Of a stretch of 64,000 nt of DNA, positions 1-8,521 are shown one piece after another (the first letter of the stretch is position 1; each line of letters opens with the position of its first letter). The stretch is from NCBI GenBank assembly GCA_964526965.1, contig CAZGML010000002.1, positions 1,506 through 65,505 on the forward strand, read 5' to 3'. The DNA is from an uncultured Sphaerobacteraceae bacterium (GTDB lineage Bacteria; Chloroflexota; Chloroflexia; Thermomicrobiales; UBA6265). The position numbers were made by a program, and so were the translations under genes. The notes under the pieces were generated by a model, which searched no databases, was not told the DNA's origin, and saw nothing but the letters and a program-made list of their open reading frames with translations.

Positions 1-786
1 GCTGTAGAGCAGGGCCTGCTCGCCGTTGAGGTGCAGGTTGCCTTCCGGGAACGTTTCGCCATCGATCTCGAATGCGCTCTGGTTGTACACATGCACGCCA
101 CCGAGCGCATCCACCGTGCCGACCACGCCAGCGAAATCGACGAGTGCAAAGTGATCGAGCTCGATGCCGAGCATCTGCTGTGTCACCAGCATCTGGTATT
201 CAACCCCGCCCACACTCAGGGCATGGTTGATTTTGCTCTGGCCGTAGCCGGGGAGCTCGGTACGCGTGTCGCGCGGAATCGAGACCACGCGGCATGTTTC
301 CGCATTTGGGTTGATGTGCAGCACGCTCAGCGAATCCGGTCGCACGCCGATGTCGATCTCCTCACCGTCGCGGGCATCCACACCCATCATCAGCATGGTG
401 ATGGCGCCACCTTCAGACGCCTGCACCTCAGCCGTTGGCTCCTGCAGCGCCTGGCCAGCAGCGGAGTTCGGATCCGGCGTGCTCACTTCCTGAAGATGGC
501 CGAATTGCTGATTCAGCACGAAGGCGCCGCCGCCGATCACCATGCCGAGAATAATGAGCATGGTGAAGGGAATGATGAACCGCTTTTTGCGGTACCAGGG
601 GCGTTTGCGGCTCGCGGATGGCGATGGCTGCTGTGCGGCTACGCGTTGCGCCTGGCCAGGTTGAGCTTGCGCAATGGGCATGGTGGCGGTTCCACCGGAA
701 ACGTTCATGAGCGCAGCTCCGCAGTTTGGACAAAAGGCGTCGGTCGCTTCGATCTGCGCCTGACACCGTGGGCAGGTTGATGGCAT
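1..786 (-). CDS. LCP (LytR-CpsA-Psr) family protein with N-terminal zinc ribbon and TM anchor; runs off the window start
   Basis: Manually translated, not in the ORF track: MPSTCPRCQAQIEATDAFCPNCG...KRFIIPFTMLIILGMVIGG...MLMMGVDAR...RPDSLSVLHIN...VSIPRDTRTELPGYGQSKINHAL, which are LCP signature motifs. GGAG RBS upstream of the ATG at 786. Confidence 0.88.
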   Translation of the reverse strand, partial: MPSTCPRCQAQIEATDAFCPNCGAALMNVSGGTATMPIAQAQPGQAQRVAAQQPSPSASRKRPWYRKKRFIIPFTMLIILGMVIGGGAFVLNQQFGHLQEVSTPDPNSAAGQALQEPTAEVQASEGGAITMLMMGVDARDGEEIDIGVRPDSLSVLHINPNAETCRVVSIPRDTRTELPGYGQSKINHALSVGGVEYQMLVTQQMLGIELDHFALVDFAGVVGTVDALGGVHVYNQSAFEIDGETFPEGNLHLNGEQALLYS

Positions 787-873
787 TCGTTGGGTGCTCC
801 AGTAAACTGATCAGATGAGGCGAAAACGCGCAGCCTCAAGCCTCGGAGTTTATCACTTCCGCTGCTATCTATG

Positions 874-1719
874 TTAACCCGTGGCGATGCCGATTCGTTT
901 CATCATGCGGTCGGTGAGTATCTCCACATCGTTTACCGCGTCCACGATATCTTTCAGTTCTTCCCAGCTCACAATCAGCGGACGCACCGGATGCATGATG
1001 GTGTTGCGCAAGTCGTTGATGCCGCGGGCGATTGGTCGCAGTTGGTTGGGATCGTCGAACTCCAGCAGTCGCCAGACGTTGTTGCTTTCGGTTGCGATGT
1101 GGAAGAGATCGCTTAGCGTGGCGTTGGTAACCGGGCTGAGATCGACGCCTTCAGCGCGCTCTTCATCGTAGAACTCCTTAATGCGCTTTTGGGTGCTATC
1201 GCTGAGGAGGCGGATGGCACCCCAATCGTCTCCGAACTCATCCATAATCAGCTGGCCGAGAGATGTTTCCAGAATCACGAGCATGCGGTAGATGTGGGCG
1301 CGGAAGATGGGTCGGTTGAGATCGGCGGTGGAGACGATGCCGAACCAGTTTTCCTGGTAGTCGTCTGCATCCGGATCGGCGCCGTGCAGGATAACGCCTT
1401 CATCCCGCAGTCGCCGCAACAGCGCCGAAACCGGCATGAGATGCGGCAGGATATTGCAGGGAATCGTGGCGTGATCGGCGGTGAGCTTCGTGTTGCTTGC
1501 CTTGAGCTCGGCCAGGCGCTCCACCGAGATCGCACCGAGGCATTCGGAGTTGTCGCCCACGATGGGGAGGGATCGCACCCGTGCTTCCTGCGCCTGTTCC
1601 ACCAGCGCCGCATCGATCTTGCCCGGCGACACGGTAATCGCCCGCTGCTTCGGCGTCGAAACCGTGGTGAGATCGATCATCACAGGCAGTTTTGGCGGCC
1701 GGGTGACGGTGTGTGGCAT
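874..1719 (-). CDS. CBS-pair plus Swt1-like HEPN domain protein (putative ligand-regulated RNase)
   Basis: CBS-like motifs RSLPIVGD..CLGAIS and FGIVSTADL. The helical C-terminal domain carries an RxxxxH motif (LRNTIMH). GAGG RBS. Confidence 0.7.
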   Translation of the reverse strand: MPHTVTRPPKLPVMIDLTTVSTPKQRAITVSPGKIDAALVEQAQEARVRSLPIVGDNSECLGAISVERLAELKASNTKLTADHATIPCNILPHLMPVSALLRRLRDEGVILHGADPDADDYQENWFGIVSTADLNRPIFRAHIYRMLVILETSLGQLIMDEFGDDWGAIRLLSDSTQKRIKEFYDEERAEGVDLSPVTNATLSDLFHIATESNNVWRLLEFDDPNQLRPIARGINDLRNTIMHPVRPLIVSWEELKDIVDAVNDVEILTDRMMKRIGIATG

Positions 1720-2105
1720 GGGGTTGGTCCTCTAGTGAGTACTGCAGAACTCTGCTCAAGAATACCTTTTCACGCGACACTTGAGATTCTTTGCCATACA
1801 GGGGTTGTGAATGAGGCGAAACGGGTAGGAACCTGATCGTGTTTGGATCGGGTGTAAGGCTGTTGCGGGGAGATCGAATGTAAAGATAACAGACGTTGTC
1901 CGACATCGAACCGAATCATTGACTTAGAAATGCGGCACTGACCCGACAAGAAAGGATTTTGATTTGACTACACGACGGGATGTCTTCTCTACTCCAATAT
2001 GTGAATCGACGTGGCACATTTGGAATGTCTGGAGGAGCAGAATGTCACTGGTTGGATACTCGGGGATTTTTTGAACGAGGTATAGATTAGGAGTCTAAAT
2101 TTGGA

Positions 2106-2139
2106 TCGCCTGGAGCCGTGATGCTCCGGGCGGTTTATT
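2106..2139 (+). terminator. Probable intrinsic terminator upstream of the RM operon
   Basis: CGCCTGGAGC-cgtgat-GCTCCGGGCG stem followed by GTTTATT. Confidence 0.5.
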
Positions 2140-2175
2140 GTGTCGAGAGAACTCTTCAAGCACATGCTTCAAGTA

Positions 2176-2209
2176 TTGACGGCGGGAAATTCCTGTAGCA
2201 CACTGTTAC
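2176..2209 (+). promoter_or_regulatory. Putative sigma70 promoter of the MTase with an overlapping 15-bp palindrome
   Basis: TTGACG-17-CACACT (weak -10). GTAGCA-CAC-TGTTAC at 2195-2209 overlaps the -10. Confidence 0.4.
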
Positions 2210-2252
2210 TACTTTAACCCAGAATACGGGTTGCTCAGGAGAAGATTAACCT

Positions 2253-3545
2253 ATGAAACACCGAACGACCAACCAGCTTGTTAAGGAGTTGGTTGATAGA
2301 ACTTCTCGTCAATATTTGGCCGATAAACTAGATGTACATCTTGCCACGGTCGGGCGTTGGATTCGTGAAGATACTGAATGCACTGAGTATCTGAGACCAC
2401 AACTGGAAGAAATGCTCCGACCTCCGTTTAAAATTAACCAAGATTCATCTGAATACGATTCGTTCACCTTTATCGATTTGTTCGCGGGTATCGGTGGTAT
2501 GCGGCTTGGGTTTCAACGTGCTGGAGGCCGATGCGTTTTTACAAGCGAGTGGGATCGATTCGCGAAGAAGACTTATGAAGCAAACTTTGGTCCAGAACCT
2601 CATTTTGCAGGGGACATTACGGAAGTGGACGCTGCAGATATTCCTGATCACGATGTCTTACTCGCAGGATTCCCCTGCCAACCGTTCAGTATCGCGGGAA
2701 TATCAAAGAAGAACGCTCTCGGAATGAAGCACGGTTTCGAATGCACCACTCAAGGCACTCTCTTTTTCGACGTGGAAAGAATTATCGCTGCCAAACGGCC
2801 AAAAGCCTTTTTGCTCGAAAATGTGAAGAATCTTCGCAGCCATGACGGAGGAAAGACGTTTGCCGTGATTATGGCAACACTGGAAGAGTTGGGATACAAA
2901 GTACATGTACGAGTTGTTGATGGTCAGCACTTCGTTCCTCAGCATCGCGAGAGGATACTTTTAGCTGGATTTCGTGAAGATGTGGACTTCGACTTTAACG
3001 ATCTTCCATTACCACCTGCCAATCACACGATGTCTGAAGTTCTACATCCTGAGGACGGCAGCGAAGCTCCCGAGCCGCGTTACACCTACGGCGAGTTAGC
3101 AACTGTTTCTGAGAAATACACACTGAGCGACAAACTGTGGAACTACCTGCAGGCATATGCAGCCAAGCATCGTGCAGCTGGAAACGGATTTGGCTTTGGT
3201 AAGGTCGGACCAAACGACCGGGCTCGCACATTGTCAGCGCGATACTACAAAGACGGTTCAGAGATTCTGGTGGATCAGGGACCTACACGGAATCCGCGCC
3301 GTCTTACACCGCGAGAAGCGTCGCGGCTAATGGGGTTCCCAGATGAATTTGTGATTCCTGTATCCGATACCCAAGCATACAAGCAGTTTGGAAACAGTGT
3401 GGTGGTTCCGGTGATGGAAGCAGTAGCGAAGTTGATGAAGCCTGCGTTCATGTCGATTCAAAGCGAAGCTTTGGAGTCGACAGAATCTGGTCGGGTTTAC
3501 GATTACCAACCTGCGATTTCCGAATTATACGCGCCAGTAAAATGA
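2253..3545 (+). CDS. dcm: DNA (cytosine-5)-methyltransferase, Dcm/M.EcoRII-like, with N-terminal HTH
   Basis: Motifs FIDLFAGIGG, GFPCQPFS, LENVKNL, PQHRER, RTLSARYYKDGSEIL and YKQFGNSV. N-terminal HTH (QYLADKLDVHLATVGRW). Confidence 0.95.
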   Translation: MKHRTTNQLVKELVDRTSRQYLADKLDVHLATVGRWIREDTECTEYLRPQLEEMLRPPFKINQDSSEYDSFTFIDLFAGIGGMRLGFQRAGGRCVFTSEWDRFAKKTYEANFGPEPHFAGDITEVDAADIPDHDVLLAGFPCQPFSIAGISKKNALGMKHGFECTTQGTLFFDVERIIAAKRPKAFLLENVKNLRSHDGGKTFAVIMATLEELGYKVHVRVVDGQHFVPQHRERILLAGFREDVDFDFNDLPLPPANHTMSEVLHPEDGSEAPEPRYTYGELATVSEKYTLSDKLWNYLQAYAAKHRAAGNGFGFGKVGPNDRARTLSARYYKDGSEILVDQGPTRNPRRLTPREASRLMGFPDEFVIPVSDTQAYKQFGNSVVVPVMEAVAKLMKPAFMSIQSEALESTESGRVYDYQPAISELYAPVK

Positions 3546-3558
3546 TAGGTGGTTTGGT

Positions 3559-4779
3559 TTGACGCAGCAGTCGCTTAGGGACGTCATTCGCGGCGTCGCG
3601 GTCAAGAAGTTGGCAAGTGTTGAGCTTGATCCCGAGAAGTCGAACCAGCACGAACTGAATGGTTCCCGTTCAATGCGGCAGTTGTTCGGGGAAGAGGCAT
3701 CGGATACGAGGAGATTTGCTGGGAGTATTGTTTACCTCAATGATGAGGCCGAGGCGCCGCTCGAAGTTGAGGATTTGGAGCTGACTTGGTACGACGCACG
3801 GGCCAGCCATCCGAATCGAACTGAATGGCGCCTATACTTTAATGTCCGTAACGGTTTCGGCGAATCTCTTCCTGGTGATACTTTGTTCACGATACGAACG
3901 CATGACGATCATGTGTTGTTGGTGATTGCTGAACAAGGTTCAACGATCGAATCTCAATTACACTGGCTATTTTCATTTACTGAGTCGGATTCGGAAAGCA
4001 CCGCGGTCCATTTGCAAGGCGATCTTCGCGAATCAAGAGTCGGTCTTGTCGAAGTTGCGTTGCTAGAAGCACTTGGTATCGAAGTCGATGATTCAGAGGA
4101 TGATGCTCTTGATTTGTTGGTTGAAAGGTTTGGCTCGAAGTTCCCCATCACTCGCCTCTTCTCAAAATTTGCTCGTGAATATTCTGGAGCCAGACTAGAA
4201 GATGCTGATCCAGATACTATTCTTGTTCAGTGGATTCAGACGGAAGAGAGGCTGTTCAGGACGTTTGAGAAACATTTACTTATGCCACTGATCCCCGATT
4301 TGAACGATGTGGATGAGTTTCTCTCTCTTTCCCTCTCTGTGCAAAATCGGAGAAAGTCCCGAGCTGGAAGAGCGCTAGAGAACCATCTCGTTGCAGTGCT
4401 TGATGAATTCAACGTCAGATATAGTCACGGGGCAATCACGGAGAACAAATCGCGACCTGACTTCCTGTTTCCGGGCCATACCGAATATCATGACCCGGAT
4501 TTTCCGGTTAATCATCTTTGGATGCTGGGGGCGAAATCTACTTTAAAGGATAGATGGCGACAGGTGCTTGCCGAAGCGAAGCGGATCCCAAAGAAGCATT
4601 TGATTACACTTGATGTTGCTGTGTCAGACAGCCAAATGGCAGAAATGCGGTCTCAATCCTTGCAACTCGTGGTGCCCTCACCATTACAGGTGGGATATTC
4701 CGAGTCTCAGCGATCTGAGATTTGGTCACTCCATTGGTTCCTCGATGAAATCACAGCTTCTCAGACCAAGTTAAATTAG
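3559..4779 (+). CDS. Type II restriction endonuclease, EcoRII-like
   Basis: NRRKSRAGRALENH, RPDFLFPG and LGAKSTLKDRWRQVLAEA (EcoRII C-terminal catalytic family); lies between the MTase and Vsr genes. Confidence 0.9.
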   Translation: MTQQSLRDVIRGVAVKKLASVELDPEKSNQHELNGSRSMRQLFGEEASDTRRFAGSIVYLNDEAEAPLEVEDLELTWYDARASHPNRTEWRLYFNVRNGFGESLPGDTLFTIRTHDDHVLLVIAEQGSTIESQLHWLFSFTESDSESTAVHLQGDLRESRVGLVEVALLEALGIEVDDSEDDALDLLVERFGSKFPITRLFSKFAREYSGARLEDADPDTILVQWIQTEERLFRTFEKHLLMPLIPDLNDVDEFLSLSLSVQNRRKSRAGRALENHLVAVLDEFNVRYSHGAITENKSRPDFLFPGHTEYHDPDFPVNHLWMLGAKSTLKDRWRQVLAEAKRIPKKHLITLDVAVSDSQMAEMRSQSLQLVVPSPLQVGYSESQRSEIWSLHWFLDEITASQTKLN

Positions 4780-4782
4780 TTA

Positions 4783-5241
4783 ATGCCAGACATAGTTGAC
4801 CCCCAAACAAGATCGCGAATGATGGCGGGTATTCAAGGTAAAAATACAAGGCCCGAAATCGCCATCCGTAAAGGGTTACACGCCCTCGGGTTTCGCTACC
4901 GGCTGCACGACTCCAGGTTACCAGGGAAACCGGATATTGTCCTGGCCCGGTTCCGTACCGCTATTTTTGTGAACGGCTGCTTTTGGCACGGGCATGATTG
5001 CCATCTATTCAAGTGGCCTTCCACTCGCCCTGAATGGTGGAGAGCCAAGATTGAGAAAACCCGAGTGACAGATGATGCTGCAAGGAAAGCGCTCCTTTCC
5101 GATGGTTGGCGAGTTGCCGATGTGTGGGAATGCGCCCTCAAGGGACGCACCCGCTTGCCGTTGGAGGAGGTGATCGGTGAGCTCTCCGACTGGATCGTCG
5201 ACGGCGTAACCGATCACCTCATCATCAGAGGCAACGACTAA
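4783..5241 (+). CDS. vsr: Very short patch repair endonuclease
   Basis: RSRMMAGI..KNTRPE, LPGKPDIV, FVNGCFWHGH and GWRVADVWEC. Confidence 0.95.
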   Translation: MPDIVDPQTRSRMMAGIQGKNTRPEIAIRKGLHALGFRYRLHDSRLPGKPDIVLARFRTAIFVNGCFWHGHDCHLFKWPSTRPEWWRAKIEKTRVTDDAARKALLSDGWRVADVWECALKGRTRLPLEEVIGELSDWIVDGVTDHLIIRGND

Positions 5242-5245
5242 TCCC

Positions 5246-6829
5246 CTACTCCTCTTCCACCTCAATCCGGGGGAAGACGGGCTGGGCCTTGGGCAGGGTT
5301 TGGCCGGCGAGGGCGTCGCTCCATTCGCGGCTGGTTGCCGGGCCGCCATCTTCTAGCGAGAAGCCGAGCTGACCGGCGATCCGCTCCGCTCCTTGCGGGA
5401 TGAACGGACTCATCACCACGCCCACCACGCGGATCGCTTCGATGAGGTCGGCGAGCACAACATCCAGCTTCGCATCGGCTTCGTCGTCGCCGTTCTTGGC
5501 GGCTTTTGCGATTTCCCACGGCTTGGAATCTTCGACGAATTTATTGGCGGCGGTGACGATTTCCCACGCGGCGGAGAGTGCCTCGCGGAAATCGAAGCGG
5601 TCGATGGCGGTGTCCATGCGCTCGGGTACGGTGAGCGCGAGGGTTTTCAGGGTGCTTTCGCGATCGGCATCGACGGTCGGGACGACTCCGCCGCGGTAGC
5701 GCTGGAGCATGCCGACTGAGCGGTTGACGAGGTTGCCGAGATCGTTGGCGAGATCCTGGTTGTAGCGGCCAATGAGGCGTTCTTCGCTGAAGCTGCCATC
5801 GCTGCTGCGTGGCATTTCACGTGTGAACCAGTAGCGCAGTGCATCGGTGCCGTAGAGCTTCACGAGGAGCATTGGATCGACCACGTTGCCGCGACTCTTG
5901 CTCATCTTTTCACCCTCGTTCAGGATGAATTCGTGCACGTTGACGGTGGTTGGGAGTGGCTCGCCGGCGCTCATGAGGAATGCTGGCCAGAAGACGACGT
6001 GGAAGCGGATGATGTCTTTTCCGACCACGTGCACGCGTTGACCATCGCTCTTCCAGTAGCGATCGTAGAGTTCGCTTTCGTCCTCGGCGTAATCGAGCGC
6101 GGTAATGTAGTTGCTCAGCGCATCCACCCACACGTACATAATCTGCTCTGGATCGTCTGGCACGGGCACGCCCCACCCACGACCCCGCAGCGCCTGGCGA
6201 CTGATGCTGATGTCCTCGAGTCCGCCACGAATGAAGCTGAGGATTTCCTCGCGCCGATGCTCTGGCTGGATAAGCAGGGTGTTGCTTTCGATCAGCTCAA
6301 TCAGGCGATCCTGATATTTACTGAGCGCGAAGAAGTAGTTCTCCTCATCTACGGCCTCTGGCGTGGTTTCGTGGATCGGGCATTTGCCATCTACCAGTTC
6401 TTCCTCGCGGTAAAAGCGCTCGCACTTAATGCAGTAGCTGCCCTGGTAGTGCCGTTTGTAGATGTCGCCAGCCGCGTCCATCTTGCGCCAGAGTTTCTGG
6501 GCACCAGGAAAGTGACGCGGATCGGTGCTGGTGCGGATGAAATCGCTGTACTCAACGGCGAGCGGTTCCTGGATGGCTTCAAACGCATCGGCATTGGAGC
6601 GCACCATTTCCTCGAGCTCTACACCTTCAACTTCGGCGGCTTGCACCACGGTGAGGGCGTTTTCATCCGATCCGCTCAGGTAGCGAGCATCGTGCCCCTT
6701 GAGGGCGTGATGCCGACGGAGCACATCGCCCTGCACCGCCTCGAGCGCGAAGCCGATGTGGGGTCGTCCATTCACATAGGGAATGGAGGTCATGACGTAA
6801 TAGGGTTTTTTAGTGGATGAATCGGTCAT
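5246..6829 (-). CDS. metG: Methionyl-tRNA synthetase (short form, no C-terminal tRNA-binding domain)
   Basis: PYVNGRPHIG (HIGH), KMSKS, YVWVDALSNY and GKDIIRFH. Start placed at ATG 6829 behind AGGGAGG. Confidence 0.96.
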   Translation of the reverse strand: MTDSSTKKPYYVMTSIPYVNGRPHIGFALEAVQGDVLRRHHALKGHDARYLSGSDENALTVVQAAEVEGVELEEMVRSNADAFEAIQEPLAVEYSDFIRTSTDPRHFPGAQKLWRKMDAAGDIYKRHYQGSYCIKCERFYREEELVDGKCPIHETTPEAVDEENYFFALSKYQDRLIELIESNTLLIQPEHRREEILSFIRGGLEDISISRQALRGRGWGVPVPDDPEQIMYVWVDALSNYITALDYAEDESELYDRYWKSDGQRVHVVGKDIIRFHVVFWPAFLMSAGEPLPTTVNVHEFILNEGEKMSKSRGNVVDPMLLVKLYGTDALRYWFTREMPRSSDGSFSEERLIGRYNQDLANDLGNLVNRSVGMLQRYRGGVVPTVDADRESTLKTLALTVPERMDTAIDRFDFREALSAAWEIVTAANKFVEDSKPWEIAKAAKNGDDEADAKLDVVLADLIEAIRVVGVVMSPFIPQGAERIAGQLGFSLEDGGPATSREWSDALAGQTLPKAQPVFPRIEVEEE

Positions 6830-7181
6830 TGGCTGGTACCTCCCTGATCTGGTTTTCATCGTTCGGAACGAGCATGTCGCAAATCATCGTCAGCACGTGA
6901 CGATGCCAGGGACGAGGGGCATGGCCGCACTCGTGGTACCACCCTTGGGTTGCGTGCACCTCGCGGCACACGCCTCAACACCTGGCGCCGGGGAGGAACC
7001 CCTTAAGCAGGTGCGCCTGGTAACGGAGGCAATCCGGCACCGTCTACTTACACGGAGGGGCCGTGCTTTCGGGGTACGGCTCAGAGGTCATCTCGGCGTT
7101 CGGGAGTACGATGCCGCATTTCAGCGTGCGCGGCTCTCTGCTATCGCTCTGGTCGAGCGCCTACCCATCCTCATCATCGCC
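6830..7181 (-). promoter_or_regulatory. T-box riboswitch, Met (AUG) specifier
   Basis: On the minus strand: GA motif GCGATGA, AG bulge CAGAGAGC, distal loop GCTGAAA, specifier GAG-ATG-A (7089-7091), and T-box AAGGGTGGTACCACGAG...CTCGTCCCT (6908-6946), directly upstream of metG. Confidence 0.92.
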
Positions 7182-7243
7182 CGCGGAGGGGTACTCCGCG
7201 TGCCTATTAGTGTACATGAGGCCTGAACGAAATGCGCACGGGG

Positions 7244-7759
7244 TCAGGAAGCGGCCTGCTCCATCTCTGGTTCTGAATCCGCTTCGTTCGGCAGGTTGCG
7301 CATGCGGCTTAGGATATTGTTCAGCACCTCAACCTGCTCGCCCAGCTTTGCAAGGTCTGTTTCGCTGAGTTCTGAAAGCTCTTCCTGCAAGGGCGCCGTG
7401 AAGAGGCGTTCTATCCAGTCGCTGATATCGACGCCCTTTTGCGTGAGCACCAGGTAGTGGCGGCGCCGATCCTCAAAGGCGACTTCCCGGGTGAGGTATC
7501 CGCCTCGCTCCAGTTTGTCGACCGCGCGGGTAATGGCGCTGTTCTGCACACCGAAATGTTTGGCGATGCCGGTAGGTGTGAGCTCTTGCTCTTCATCGGC
7601 TGCCTTGCGCAATACCCAGAGGATAGATGCCTGCCGGAAGCCAATGCTGCCGTATGGCGTTTCAAAATCCCTCACGTCAATCGCCCACAGGCCCCAACCC
7701 GGCAAGGTGTGAACCATGCGAGCGGCTAATTCGAGGGCGCCGTTTTGATCGTTCGACAT
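7244..7759 (-). CDS. MarR family regulator (cassette 1)
   Basis: wHTH motifs LTPTGIAKHFGVQNSAITRAVDKLERGGY and EDRRRHYLVLTQKG. Confidence 0.92.
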   Translation of the reverse strand: MSNDQNGALELAARMVHTLPGWGLWAIDVRDFETPYGSIGFRQASILWVLRKAADEEQELTPTGIAKHFGVQNSAITRAVDKLERGGYLTREVAFEDRRRHYLVLTQKGVDISDWIERLFTAPLQEELSELSETDLAKLGEQVEVLNNILSRMRNLPNEADSEPEMEQAAS

Positions 7760-7800
7760 AATATGGACACCTCCAGTAAAAGCCGATCAATCGGCACTTG

Positions 7801-8460
7801 TTACTGCGCCAAAAACTTCACTCCGTGTTGAGCAAGCCAACCGCTTACATCTATTGTATCAGGTGAAACGCCTGATTGCGTTATTGTCGACACACCTGCA
7901 TTCCAGTCGCGCAGTTGATTCTCAAGATCAGAGCCTGCCAACACACCCGGTCCCTCCTTTTCTGCAGGGTTAACGAGCAGAACCGGCAGATGGTTCAATG
8001 GCGCAAGCGGTGGATCCCAGCCCGGCACGACGGGGAGGAATGTGTTGATGGCGATGACACCGCTTATCAGTTCCGGCACGGCGAGCGCGGTCGCGAGGGC
8101 CATGATTCCTCCCTGCCCGATTCCCACCAGGTAGGGCAGTTGAGGCGATTCTTGCCCGGATCGGTCGACTTCATCCCAGAGGAATCGCTCGATCTCCGAG
8201 AGGGAATCGCCGAAGAAGATGGGAGATGGCCGTTCGATCGGCCCCAGGAACCAGGTGTAGCCAACAATATCGTGGCTCACAAAGACACCCTTGTAGGATT
8301 CGAGTGCGAGCACGCGCCCATTTGGCGATATGGCCGTGCCCCAATCGGCAACATCACGGGCGAACTGATTGTGATCGTGCAGGGTGATGACCGTCGGGCC
8401 GTCGGTCTTTTCTTGCACCGAATAATGGATGAGCTGACTAAGAGGACGTTTGGTGGACAT
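7801..8460 (-). CDS. Alpha/beta-hydrolase-fold protein (phospholipase/carboxylesterase-like) lacking the catalytic triad (cassette 1)
   Basis: VITLHD, YTWF and YLVGIGQGGIMA (GxSxG becomes GIGQG). No HGxxD motif and no C-terminal GH. Start at ATG 8460 behind GGAG. Confidence 0.8.
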   Translation of the reverse strand: MSTKRPLSQLIHYSVQEKTDGPTVITLHDHNQFARDVADWGTAISPNGRVLALESYKGVFVSHDIVGYTWFLGPIERPSPIFFGDSLSEIERFLWDEVDRSGQESPQLPYLVGIGQGGIMALATALAVPELISGVIAINTFLPVVPGWDPPLAPLNHLPVLLVNPAEKEGPGVLAGSDLENQLRDWNAGVSTITQSGVSPDTIDVSGWLAQHGVKFLAQ

Positions 8461-8473
8461 GCATATCTCCATT

Positions 8474-8507
8474 AACAAAAAAGGAGGGTGCTACGAGAGC
8501 ACCCTCC
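8474..8507 (-). terminator. Intrinsic terminator between flavoprotein 1 and pseudo-hydrolase 1
   Basis: GGAGGGTGCT-5-AGCACCCTCC followed by TTTTTTGTT on the minus strand. Confidence 0.75.
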
Positions 8508-8521
8508 CATACCACGTGATA

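Noticed and set aside
31-780. 249-aa plus-strand ORF
   Set aside because: Antisense shadow of the minus-strand LCP gene, which has clear family motifs.
2253-5241. RM cassette as a mobile element
   Set aside because: No integrase, transposase, tRNA target or flanking direct repeats seen; composition alone is insufficient.
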